This document shows, in pieces, positions 48,262-56,824 of a DNA stretch of 64,000 nt. Location of the stretch: the NCBI GenBank assembly GCA_044449985.1, contig JBIOIQ010000001.1, positions 280 to 64,279 on the forward strand, written 5' to 3'. The notes below the pieces were generated by a model. The model was not told where the DNA came from, made no database searches, and was given only the letters and a program-made list of their open reading frames with translations. The DNA comes from Candidatus Saccharimonadia bacterium. GTDB lineage: Bacteria > Patescibacteriota > Saccharimonadia > UBA4664 > JBIOIQ01. The translations under genes and the position numbers were made by a program. Position 1 is the stretch's first letter, and each line of letters begins with the position of its first letter.

Positions 48262-48450
48262 TAAAAAATTAGGGTGCATCTCGGCCCCGGGACACTACCC
48301 GGAGCTGAATACTGTTTACTCGAAGGCTCAGTTCGTTGTGAGCTCTTGACTGGCGGCAACGCGCGCTCTTTCGAGGCTAGGCAAGAACCCTGCGTTTTTT
48401 GGGAGTGCAAGTTTTCGTTGTCTGATTAAACAAGTCGTTGTTAAAGATCA
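48262..48450 (-). ncRNA. Candidate structured non-coding RNA (unassigned)
   Basis: GC-rich multi-stem fold 48271-48391 in an AT-rich spacer; boxA-like TGATCTTTAACAA upstream and U-run downstream on the minus strand. Confidence 0.35.
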
Positions 48451-48584
48451 AAGCCTAGAGCTTATGTAGAGATTTAAACCTGGAAAATAATTATGTCTAG
48501 TAAATCTCTCAATACGTACTCAAATTTTTAATGCGAGCGAAATTATTTACTGTATTGGTTGACAAGGAATTTTCTTGTGTATAC

Positions 48585-48606
48585 TATTTAACCGTATGGT
48601 TGAATA
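48585..48606. promoter_or_regulatory. ArsR-type operator palindrome overlapping the start codon
   Basis: TATTTAACC-GTAT-GGTTGAATA immediately after TG-G-TATACT extended -10. Confidence 0.65.
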
Positions 48607-48964
48607 CTTATTTAATCTAGACGCCGTTTTTGGGTCGCTGTCAGATTCTACACGACGTGATATATTGCAACGGGTTGCCCAGAAGCAATTATCTGTCGGT
48701 CAAATCGCTGAGCCTTATGCTATGTCGCTTGCTGCTATTTCGAAACACTTAAAAGTGCTGGAGCGGGCGCGATTAATTATCAAGCGTCGAAGCGGCAATG
48801 AGTATTTTGTGGAACTGGCGCCTCAGGCACTAGCTAGTATCGACACATATTTAAGTCAATACCGAAAGTACTGGGAAGAACGTTTTGAGGCACTTGATTT
48901 AGTTTTAGAACAGGAAAATATCAAGTTAAATAAGGAAGGGAACGATAATGGAAAAAAACACTAA
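48596..48964 (+). CDS. ArsR/SmtB-family regulator (start likely ATG 48596)
   Basis: LDAVFGSLSDSTRRDIL, MSLAAISKHLKVLERA. Confidence 0.9.
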   Translation: MVEYLFNLDAVFGSLSDSTRRDILQRVAQKQLSVGQIAEPYAMSLAAISKHLKVLERARLIIKRRSGNEYFVELAPQALASIDTYLSQYRKYWEERFEALDLVLEQENIKLNKEGNDNGKKH

Positions 48965-49424
48965 GGAGTTAACGATCTCGCGAATATTTGATGCTCCGCG
49001 AGAACTGGTTTTTAAGGCTTGGACCGACCCTGAATTACTGGCTAAATGGTGGGGGCCTCGCGGAGTTACCAATCCAGAATGTGAAGTTGATGCCCAGGTC
49101 GGCGGTGCGATACACATAACCATGCTTGCAGGTGAGGAGCTAGGGCCACTCGCTGGCCAACGTTGGCCCATGAAAGGCACCTTTATTGAGCTGACACCTC
49201 CTGATAGAATCGTTTTTTCTAATCAGGCTGTTGATGAAAACGACAATGTTCTAATTGACGGTATAACGACTGTCATATTTGAGGAGAAAGACAGTAAAAC
49301 TATAATGACTCTGCATGTTATTGCCAGGGGGATTTCTGCTGAATCCCCTCAAATGCTCGCTGGGATGAACCAGGGTTGGAGCGAAAGTATCGATAAATTA
49401 ACAGAATTATTAGAGAAAAGCTAA
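48948..49424 (+). CDS. SRPBCC/AHSA1-domain protein
   Basis: RIFDAPRELVFKAWTDP..KWWGP, GMNQGWSESIDKL. Confidence 0.9.
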   Translation: MEKNTKELTISRIFDAPRELVFKAWTDPELLAKWWGPRGVTNPECEVDAQVGGAIHITMLAGEELGPLAGQRWPMKGTFIELTPPDRIVFSNQAVDENDNVLIDGITTVIFEEKDSKTIMTLHVIARGISAESPQMLAGMNQGWSESIDKLTELLEKS

Positions 49425-49504
49425 AATGCCTACGGTTACTAAAAAGACTACACTATTACCATATCGATAACCAAAACTTGGATGTCCCAGTTAGGAGAAG
49501 AATA

Positions 49505-50062
49505 ATGTCGTTTCAAGCCTACATTGATACGATAAAAGCAAAGACCGGAAAAACACCTGAGTATTTCTTAGAGCAAGCAAGACAAAAAGGATTTCTAGAA
49601 GACAAGGCTAAGACTTCCGACATAATTAACTGGCTCAAGAAAGATTACGATTTAGGACGTGGACACGCCATGGCGTTGGTTGTGAGCTTTAACAGTGCGA
49701 CCAAACCAAAACAAAGTATTGAAGAAGGCACTGCACAGCACTTTGGCGGAACAAAGACGAAGTGCCGCCAGCCGTTAGATGAATTAGTCAAACAAGTACA
49801 TGGCTTTGGCCCGGAAGTCTCTGTCTGGCCGGGCAGATCATACTTGAGCTTGCAGCGTGAGGGTAAAAAGTTCGCCATAATTCAAATTACAGCAAATAGG
49901 TTCGATATTGGCATCAAGCGCAAAGGCGTGAGCGAGGATAATCGATTTGAGGCTGCTGGAGTCTGGAACAGTATGGTCACGCACCGTGTTCGCATCACAG
50001 AACCAGCGCAAATTGATGCTGAGGTTCTCGATTGGCTCAAGCAAGCATATCTCGCGGCCTAA
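49505..50062 (+). CDS. DUF4287 + DUF5655-like protein
   Basis: MSFQAYIDTIKAKTGK, WLKKDYDLGRGHAMAL, THRVRI...WLKQAY; AGGAG RBS. Confidence 0.75.
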   Translation: MSFQAYIDTIKAKTGKTPEYFLEQARQKGFLEDKAKTSDIINWLKKDYDLGRGHAMALVVSFNSATKPKQSIEEGTAQHFGGTKTKCRQPLDELVKQVHGFGPEVSVWPGRSYLSLQREGKKFAIIQITANRFDIGIKRKGVSEDNRFEAAGVWNSMVTHRVRITEPAQIDAEVLDWLKQAYLAA

Positions 50063-50127
50063 CATTACTAGATATTTCGCAGCTTAGTTCTATAAATACT
50101 TGATTTGGCTGAGGTAGAATAAACAGT

Positions 50128-50682
50128 ATGAAATACTATGTAGTTTTGCTGCGCGGAATCAATGTCGGTGGTAAGAATATCATTCCGATGGCAGCTTTAA
50201 AGAGCTTTCTCGAAGATTTAGGGTTTAAAAATGTTTCGACTTATATCGCCAGCGGAAATGTGATTTTGGCATCCCAAAAAACTCCAAATCAAATTAAGGA
50301 CCTGATTGAAGCTACACTCACTGCCAAATTTAACCTGAGTAGCGATTTAATTAAAGTTTTAGTGCTAAACCGTCAGCAACTAATAGAAGTAGTCGATAAC
50401 AAACCCGAAGGATTTGGCAACAAGCCAGAAAAATATCACAGTGATGTAATTTTTCTGCTTAATATTAACCAGGAACAGGCTCTAGCAGTTTTTAACCCAC
50501 GAGCAGGCGTGGACAAAGTATGGTTAGGAAATGGCGTGATTTACTCACAACGACTGAGTGCCAAGCGGACTCAAAGCCGGCTTAGTCAAATCATGTCATC
50601 AGTTTTATACAAATCAATGTCCATCCGGACCTGGAACACGACAATCAAATTAGTTGAGATGTTACAAGAAAGAGAACACTAA
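50128..50682 (+). CDS. DUF1697-family protein
   Basis: YVVLLRGINVGGKN, TYIASGNV, RTWNT. Confidence 0.85.
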   Translation: MKYYVVLLRGINVGGKNIIPMAALKSFLEDLGFKNVSTYIASGNVILASQKTPNQIKDLIEATLTAKFNLSSDLIKVLVLNRQQLIEVVDNKPEGFGNKPEKYHSDVIFLLNINQEQALAVFNPRAGVDKVWLGNGVIYSQRLSAKRTQSRLSQIMSSVLYKSMSIRTWNTTIKLVEMLQEREH

Positions 50683-50694
50683 CAATTAAGTGAG

Positions 50695-51630
50695 TTATAG
50701 TCTGAGCAAATGAAGACCCGCTGGAGCAATCCGCTGGTCTCGGATTGGCATGTGTGCGACATCCGACTGCACGTGCTCAATTTTGCCGTCACGCATGTAC
50801 ACAATGGATCGGCATTGTCGCGCTACTTCGGGGTTATGGGTCACAATAATAAAGGTTTGTCCTTGCTGATTAAGTTCGTGAATCAGGTGCATAACCTCAT
50901 CTGTCATTTTCGAATCAAGTTCGCCGGTCAGTTCATCCGCCAATATAATCGAAGGGTGGTTAACGATCGAACGAGCAATGGCAACCCGCTGCTGCTGACC
51001 ACCAGATAATTCATTTGGCTTGTGATCGAAGCGGTCCGCCAAACCAACTTGTGCAAGAGCTTTCTTTGCCATTTGTCGTTGACGTTTTTTTGATAATCCA
51101 GCGTAACGAAGCGGCAACATTACATTCTCTAATGCGGTGAGTGTCGTTATTAAATTAAAGGACTGAAATACGAACCCTAGTTGAGAAGACCTCACCTTTG
51201 GTAAATCTCGGCGTTTAATTCTGGTAATGTTTAATCCGCCAATGAATAGACTGCCTGAAGTTGGCTCATCAAGTAAACCCAACATATTAAGCAGAGTCGA
51301 CTTCCCGCTCCCAGAAGGCCCCATGATGGCGATTAATTCACCTTTGGTAATTGCTAAATCGACACCGTTTAAGGCGTGAACTACTACACCTCGATCTTTA
51401 GGACGAGATTTTAAGTGTTTGCCGGTAATCGCTTCATAACTGTCTTCATAACGTTCCTCGGCAAATAATTGCTGTGCTCGACGTAATAATTCATCATCAT
51501 GTTCCGAGCCACCACTTTCCAGCCGCTTATGTAGTTTATGGATGGCTTTTTGCGCTTTGGTGGCATTTTTGTGATTGCCAATCACGTACGTTTTGGTCAA
51601 ATTGTTTACCCTTAAGATTACATCTTCCAT
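50695..51630 (-). CDS. LolD/MacB-type ABC ATPase with N-terminal helical insertion
   Basis: GPSGSGKS, LSGGQQQRVAIAR, ADELTGELD. Confidence 0.9.
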   Translation of the reverse strand: MEDVILRVNNLTKTYVIGNHKNATKAQKAIHKLHKRLESGGSEHDDELLRRAQQLFAEERYEDSYEAITGKHLKSRPKDRGVVVHALNGVDLAITKGELIAIMGPSGSGKSTLLNMLGLLDEPTSGSLFIGGLNITRIKRRDLPKVRSSQLGFVFQSFNLITTLTALENVMLPLRYAGLSKKRQRQMAKKALAQVGLADRFDHKPNELSGGQQQRVAIARSIVNHPSIILADELTGELDSKMTDEVMHLIHELNQQGQTFIIVTHNPEVARQCRSIVYMRDGKIEHVQSDVAHMPIRDQRIAPAGLHLLRL

Positions 51631-51632
51631 GA

Positions 51633-52799
51633 CTATGCCTCCCTAAGAGCTTTTACGATATTGACCCGTACGGCATAATAGGAGGGATAAATTCCAGCAA
51701 TCACGCCCAGCACGGCCGAAAAAATGATCGCAAAAATTGAGATTCTCGCAGTTAATAGAAAAATAATGTTCCCGGATTGACCCATAAAGTGATTAAGTGT
51801 TAGTACTACAGCCGCTCCAATTGCCCAGCCAATTAAACCACCGAATAAACCTATCAAGCCCGCCTCCATCAGGTATTCACTCATGATATTGCGAGTTTTG
51901 GCTCCCACGGCTTTTTTGATACCAATTTCCCTAATACGTTCCGAAATCGACATAGTCATGGTATTTATTACACTGAGGCCACCAACTAGTAACGAGATTA
52001 AGGCGATGCCAAACAAAATTGCATTAAAAATTCCCGTTGCAGCAGCAACTTGGTCCTGAAACGCTTTAGGCCCACTGGCGTTCACGTCTTTGACCTGAGC
52101 ATTTATTTTTTTGGCGAGCTCATTCGGATCTACTCCAGAATTTGGATAGACGGTAAAACCATTCACAATAGTGCTCGCTTGAGTTTGCTGCTTAATAATT
52201 GGAGGCAATGATGCATACATCAATTTCTGCGCATCGGGTAATGTCATCCAGACTTCGTTATCTGGAGCCGTTAAAGTTTTACCGATGATTCCGACTACTT
52301 TATAAGCATAGCCCTTGATCGTTACAGTACCCCCCACCTTGGCTTTTAATTTGTTTACTAGATCAGCCCCAACTACTACTGCTTGGCTATCACCTGGGCG
52401 TAAGGCTCGCCCCTGACTATAGGTTATTTTGAAGGTTTCGTATTGGGAGCCAGCAAAATCTGTTCCGACAATTGTATCGGGAGGCCCGAAGCTTATGCTC
52501 GTGCCGGAATCGTTAAGTAAAGTGAGTACCGTTGCTGAAACGGCTTTGACACCTTCGACTTTTTGGATTTCTGCCAGTTTAGAAATATTCATAGGTGTCG
52601 GCATGCTGGTGAGCGAAGACCCGGCGGCTTGAATAGTAACTTTATCTGAATAATACTTTGTACCCCCATTTACCAATAAGCTGATTTTCTCAGCCATTGA
52701 GCCCATAACAACAAATGCAAAAATCCCAATGGTAATTCCAAAAATGGTCAAAAGTGTTCGCGTACGACGACGAAACAAGTTTTTGATAATCTCGTTCAT
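51633..52799 (-). CDS. MacB/FtsX-family ABC permease
   Basis: RTLLTIFGITIGI, INTMTMSISERIREIGIKKAVGA. Confidence 0.9.
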   Translation of the reverse strand: MNEIIKNLFRRRTRTLLTIFGITIGIFAFVVMGSMAEKISLLVNGGTKYYSDKVTIQAAGSSLTSMPTPMNISKLAEIQKVEGVKAVSATVLTLLNDSGTSISFGPPDTIVGTDFAGSQYETFKITYSQGRALRPGDSQAVVVGADLVNKLKAKVGGTVTIKGYAYKVVGIIGKTLTAPDNEVWMTLPDAQKLMYASLPPIIKQQTQASTIVNGFTVYPNSGVDPNELAKKINAQVKDVNASGPKAFQDQVAAATGIFNAILFGIALISLLVGGLSVINTMTMSISERIREIGIKKAVGAKTRNIMSEYLMEAGLIGLFGGLIGWAIGAAVVLTLNHFMGQSGNIIFLLTARISIFAIIFSAVLGVIAGIYPSYYAVRVNIVKALREA

Positions 52800-52849
52800 T
52801 GCAGATACTCTTTCTGCTTTTAACCCTAATTCAGGAATAGAAATCCGAC

Positions 52850-52865
52850 AGTGACGCGAATCACT
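52850..52865. promoter_or_regulatory. CRP-type box
   Basis: AGTGA-CGCGAA-TCACT, ~50 nt upstream of the permease start. Confidence 0.5.
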
Positions 52866-53027
52866 TAACTTAGAAAGACTCTTCGAATGTGGGGGATCAT
52901 AAAAGAAATACTATGAAATTGAAGAATCCCTGATGAAGCGAGCTATCCTACAATTTTCTAACTGATGCTTATCGGACGATTATCGGCCTGGTAAATCGAA
53001 TTGAGTTTCGCACTATATCTCGCTAAA

Positions 53028-53741
53028 CTACTTTTTAACCTGAAAGATCATCGCATCGCACTCGATTTCGGCTGCCGTAATTCCGCATAACAAACTTTCC
53101 GGGTCAACTTGTGTTAAACCATTCCAAGGGTCAGCCAAGAGGTAATCTTCGGCTTCATTTCGGCCATAAATGACCAGGCTATGTGTACCGACGTGGCCAT
53201 GAACATCATCTAACTGTTCTTGCCGGAGAGCTGGATAAGACATTCGCCCGGTATTATAGAGTGGTTTGGTGCAGACATTAGCGTAAACTGGACCCTTCTC
53301 AAGAAGTTTATTGATGAGCTCAGTGGTCACATGTGGTCGAATATTCATTTGGCCACCTGCCTCAAAAAACTCAATATACCTTTGAATATAAACTTTGGTC
53401 CATTTTCCGAGTGACGGTATTTCACGAACATTCTCGATAGCTTTAAGTCGAAAGATAATTTCTGAAGGTGAAAGTTTTTGCCATGATAGATCGATAATTA
53501 AAAAATCGAACATCCATAATTCAACTTCAAAACCCCGCTCTATGCACCAAGTGGCCAATTGAGCCGTAACGCTTCCCCAAGCTTCTTCGCCATCCACTAT
53601 ATTTTTTGGTGCATTTTTAAGTAGTTGATCTGGTGTAACTTCAAGACCATAACTTGATACCAACATTGAGAGTGCAGCATACCCACAACTGTCATTCGTG
53701 GGTTGATAATAATGTTTTATTGTGTGCTCGATAGCTTTCAT
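53028..53741 (-). CDS. Peptidase C39-like (papain-fold) protein
   Basis: QPTNDSCG (Cys), THSLVIYG (His), LADPW (Asp). Confidence 0.75.
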   Translation of the reverse strand: MKAIEHTIKHYYQPTNDSCGYAALSMLVSSYGLEVTPDQLLKNAPKNIVDGEEAWGSVTAQLATWCIERGFEVELWMFDFLIIDLSWQKLSPSEIIFRLKAIENVREIPSLGKWTKVYIQRYIEFFEAGGQMNIRPHVTTELINKLLEKGPVYANVCTKPLYNTGRMSYPALRQEQLDDVHGHVGTHSLVIYGRNEAEDYLLADPWNGLTQVDPESLLCGITAAEIECDAMIFQVKK

Positions 53742-53969
53742 TGGTGCAATCATATCAAAAAAGCCTCTCAGGGGAGTTATTTCTTAAATACTACGTTTTT
53801 GGTCTTTATAATTTGACTGTACTAAGCCATGATTAGTGTGAAAGCCGTGTAGTGTGCGACATTAAAACTATTTTTTTAATCGCTAAACGATCAGCTCATT
53901 AAGTATTGAGCTGCAAAAAGTACTTTGTTTGATATTCCGGTTGTTAACGCCGGTATAGAATTGGGCTAA

Positions 53970-54518
53970 TTAACGTCGCTTAGCAGCAATTCCGGAGTGA
54001 AGAAATCCGACTCCGGAAAGTACGAGTAGTATGAGCCCGGAAACTAGTGCTCCGATGCCAGCATAGTAGGCAGCAAGTGCCATTGTATCGAAAGCGTATG
54101 CATTAAGTAGAAGTCCACGCAAGGTCTCGCCCTGGAAGACTGTTTGGACTTGTTTTGCTAGTGCTTGGTTCGTAGGATTAGCGAGTGCTACGGAGCTTAG
54201 CTGTGCATATGTCTTGCCACCACCTATTTCGACAAGATGCACAGCAATAAAGTGGTTGGCCCACGTTTCAGCTTGAGCACCAGTTTCGAGTTGTTCGCCA
54301 GCATATTGCTGCATCACTGTCCGATCGGATGCCGGTAAAGATGTTACAGCAGACGAGCCGTAGGCCGGAAAATAGATTTGCTGAGCCGATAACTGGGTTA
54401 CAACCTGGTTATGAATGAAGTTATGCGCCCAAAATAGTACTCCAGAAGCTGCAAGCAATACGATGGCGACAACTAGCCCAGCCGATGAAATAAGGCGATC
54501 TAGAGTTGCGCGATTCAT
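53970..54518 (-). CDS. Two-TM membrane protein of a conserved uncharacterised family
   Basis: QLSAQQIYFP, YAGEQ, GGKTYAQL, TVFQGETLRGLLLNAY. Confidence 0.7.
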   Translation of the reverse strand: MNRATLDRLISSAGLVVAIVLLAASGVLFWAHNFIHNQVVTQLSAQQIYFPAYGSSAVTSLPASDRTVMQQYAGEQLETGAQAETWANHFIAVHLVEIGGGKTYAQLSSVALANPTNQALAKQVQTVFQGETLRGLLLNAYAFDTMALAAYYAGIGALVSGLILLVLSGVGFLHSGIAAKRR

Positions 54519-54585
54519 ATTAGTGTTCCTATTATTGGGCTTTATTATAGCACTACCATTTTAAGCTAGGCAAACAACAATAAAT

Positions 54586-54663
54586 TGGGGCGAGTGATGG
54601 GGGTCGAACCCACGACATCCAGTACCACAAACTGGCGCTCTAACCAACTGAGCTACACCCGCC
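54586..54663 (-). tRNA. tRNA-His(GTG), encoded G-1
   Basis: GGCGGGTGTAGCTCAGTTGGTTAGAGCGCCAGTTT-GTG-GTACTGG...CACTCGCCCCA. Confidence 0.95.
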
Positions 54664-54767
54664 ATAATTTCTCGAATCTTGGAATAATGGTGGAGGCAAT
54701 TCCAATAAATTGGAACGGCCCCCGATCTGGTTTTCATGTTGATTATGAAAATCAGATCGGGAACAAT

Positions 54768-54844
54768 TGGCGCCCCGGGAGGGATTCGAACCCCCGACCA
54801 TTGGCTTAGAAGTCCACTGCTCTATCCAGCTGAGCTACCGGGGC
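54768..54844 (-). tRNA. tRNA-Arg(TCT)
   Basis: GCCCCGGTAGCTCAGCTGGATAGAGCAGTGGACT-TCT-AAGCCAATGGTC...CCGGGGCGCCA. Confidence 0.9.
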
Positions 54845-54853
54845 CCGATATTT

Positions 54854-54928
54854 TGGAGCGGGTGGCGGGAATCGAACCCGCATCTCCAGCTTGGAAGGCT
54901 AGCATAATAACCGCTATACGACACCCGC
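54854..54928 (-). tRNA. tRNA-Gly(TCC)
   Basis: GCGGGTGTCGTATAGCGGTTATTATGCTAGCCT-TCC-AAGCTGG...CACCCGCTCCA. Confidence 0.94.
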
Positions 54929-55069
54929 AGAATTACAATCCAAAAAGTTCACCATTGAATGTGATACCTTATAAGTTTACAAACACAGCGCCTGAATGCA
55001 AACTTTCATATATTCGTTTCAATTAACTTATTCCGAAAGACCTACAGAAACTATTATTTAATTATTTTT

Positions 55070-55145
55070 TGGTCGGGGTGAAAGGACTTGAACCTTCGGC
55101 CTCCTGCTCCCAAAGCAGGCGCGCTACCAACTGCGCCACACCCCG
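55070..55145 (-). tRNA. tRNA-Pro(TGG)
   Basis: CGGGGTGTGGCGCAGTTGGTAGCGCGCCTGCTT-TGG-GAGCAGG...CACCCCGACCA. Confidence 0.95.
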
Positions 55146-55464
55146 AAATCAATAATCATTTATCGTACTTAAGATGTTTAATTCGTATTTAAACTACCAA
55201 TTAAACCTGATAATTATACAAGTTTGACCCAAATTGGTCAAATAAGTTTAGCGGCCCGCCAGGATCTTGGTCGTGGGTACAAGATCCGGCAGGCCGCCAC
55301 TCCCTTTATCGGACAGAGTAGGGTAAACCATCCCCTGCCCAGGCATGCCCTCTTCGGCTCATAAAAGGGAATAAATGAGTCGAGGTTATGTAAAAAGGTG
55401 TGGGCTAGGCGCCTCCTTTCGGATTTGTAGATTATGACAATCAGGCGTCTTGAGACTTTGCCTA

Positions 55465-55656
55465 CTAGTCAGTGATCTTTGGGGGTCGAGAATCCCACAC
55501 TGCGAGATTCTCATTGATCTCCGGGAAGCCGTTACGTCGATCGACGTCCATGAAGAAGTGATCCGACGGGAGAGCTCTCCGAATTTTGCGCGACGATCGA
55601 ATTCCTCGCCCAGCTGAAGGTACACTGGCGGCAGTTATTGTGGCGGACTGGCTCAA
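55465..55656 (-). CDS. 63-aa hypothetical protein
   Basis: TAAGGAG RBS before TTG; TG-TATAAT promoter ~80 nt upstream. Confidence 0.5.
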   Translation of the reverse strand: MSQSATITAASVPSAGRGIRSSRKIRRALPSDHFFMDVDRRNGFPEINENLAVWDSRPPKITD

Positions 55657-55811
55657 GGTGGCATCTCCTTAACTCGTAATAGTCCGGTAAAGACACGTTT
55701 CTTTTGCTTACTACGTCACTGCACGTTATCGGAAATTATACACTCTTTAACAGATTTGCAACATAAAAACCGCCAAACAATGACGGTTTAAAATGATAAT
55801 GAGTTCGGGCT

Positions 55812-56084
55812 TTATCGAACGATTTCTTTGAGGCGCTTGCCGGCTCGGAAACGAGGCATTGGCATTGCTGGAATCTGAATTTCTGCACCAGTTTGCGGGT
55901 TTACTCCGCGTCTCGCGGCCCGCTTACCAAGATCAAATGTCCCAAAACCTGTGACAGATACTTTACTACCTTCTTTAATAGTCCGCCCGACAATACCAAC
56001 AAAAGTTGATAAAACAGTTTCTACTTGTCTCTTCGATAACTGAGTTTCGTTCGCTAATGTTTCGATAAGTTCTTGCTTGGTCAT
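55812..56084 (-). CDS. hup: DNA-binding protein HU
   Basis: MTKQELI, GFGTF, RAARRGVNPQTG, PRFRAGKRLK. Confidence 0.95.
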   Translation of the reverse strand: MTKQELIETLANETQLSKRQVETVLSTFVGIVGRTIKEGSKVSVTGFGTFDLGKRAARRGVNPQTGAEIQIPAMPMPRFRAGKRLKEIVR

Positions 56085-56218
56085 ACCCTACTTCTCCTTT
56101 GTATCAACTTATTCGCATTCTTTTAGCTTTTTGTAGCTAACAGTCATTCTAACTCAAGGCCTGGGAGCTCTGCAACGATAAGCATAATCACTCTTAATTT
56201 CAGAATGAATCCTTCCTG

Positions 56219-56800
56219 TTAGCTAAGTCTGCCGGAAAGTTCGAGCGCTTTAATTGCCGCAAGTGCGGATACCCAGGCATCGGTTCTTGGTTCGTGACGA
56301 TCCCCCATTTGCTTGTCCAATCGTTCTGCCACAAATTCCGTTCGAATTGCCAGAGGTTTTACCCCAATTTGAATGAGTAGAGACGATACATCAAGCAGTG
56401 GAAAAGGATGATCCCAATACCGATCTTCCAAATCGTCTTGCTGGCAAGTTATCAGAAACCTTGCTTCAACTGGATACCCATTATCGACCAAGACGTAATC
56501 AGCTCTCTCTTTGGCAATCCGGAACCATGACCAAAAACCGTTGCGCATATCTTTTGCACTCTTATAATCTTCAGGCACATTTTTCATCGGCGGCAGGACA
56601 TTTTTCTTCACCCAAGGATCAAGCTTGCCGGTTATGGGACTGCGGCCTAAAAAATCGTCAAGTTTAGTATTATCAGCTCGAAGCAGCACAGCGCCAACTG
56701 CAAAGGCGTCTCCTTGTAAACCATTACTTTCGACATCAATTGAGAGAAAGATAGTATCGCGAGTAATCTCTGGCGCTGGCTGATTAAGGTTTCGTTTCAT
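56219..56800 (-). CDS. DEDDh-family 3'-5' exonuclease (RNase AS-like)
   Basis: IDVESNG (ExoI), YPVEARF (ExoII region), HEPRTDA (ExoIII). Confidence 0.65.
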   Translation of the reverse strand: MKRNLNQPAPEITRDTIFLSIDVESNGLQGDAFAVGAVLLRADNTKLDDFLGRSPITGKLDPWVKKNVLPPMKNVPEDYKSAKDMRNGFWSWFRIAKERADYVLVDNGYPVEARFLITCQQDDLEDRYWDHPFPLLDVSSLLIQIGVKPLAIRTEFVAERLDKQMGDRHEPRTDAWVSALAAIKALELSGRLS

Positions 56801-56824
56801 GGCAAAGATATCTTTCGTTTGAGC

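Noticed and set aside
48395-48425. tmRNA tag-like GACAACGAAAAC (DNEN) on the minus strand
   Set aside because: No ALAA-type ending and no tRNA-like GGGG...CCA termini
52800-54585. Cassette array downstream of tRNA-His
   Set aside because: Only very short matches to the tRNA-His 3' end; not distinguishable from chance
54585-55026. + strand ORFs 54585-54809 and 54736-55026 (also 26836-27045)
   Set aside because: Antisense shadows of tRNA genes (RDSNP/GIEPA-type translations)
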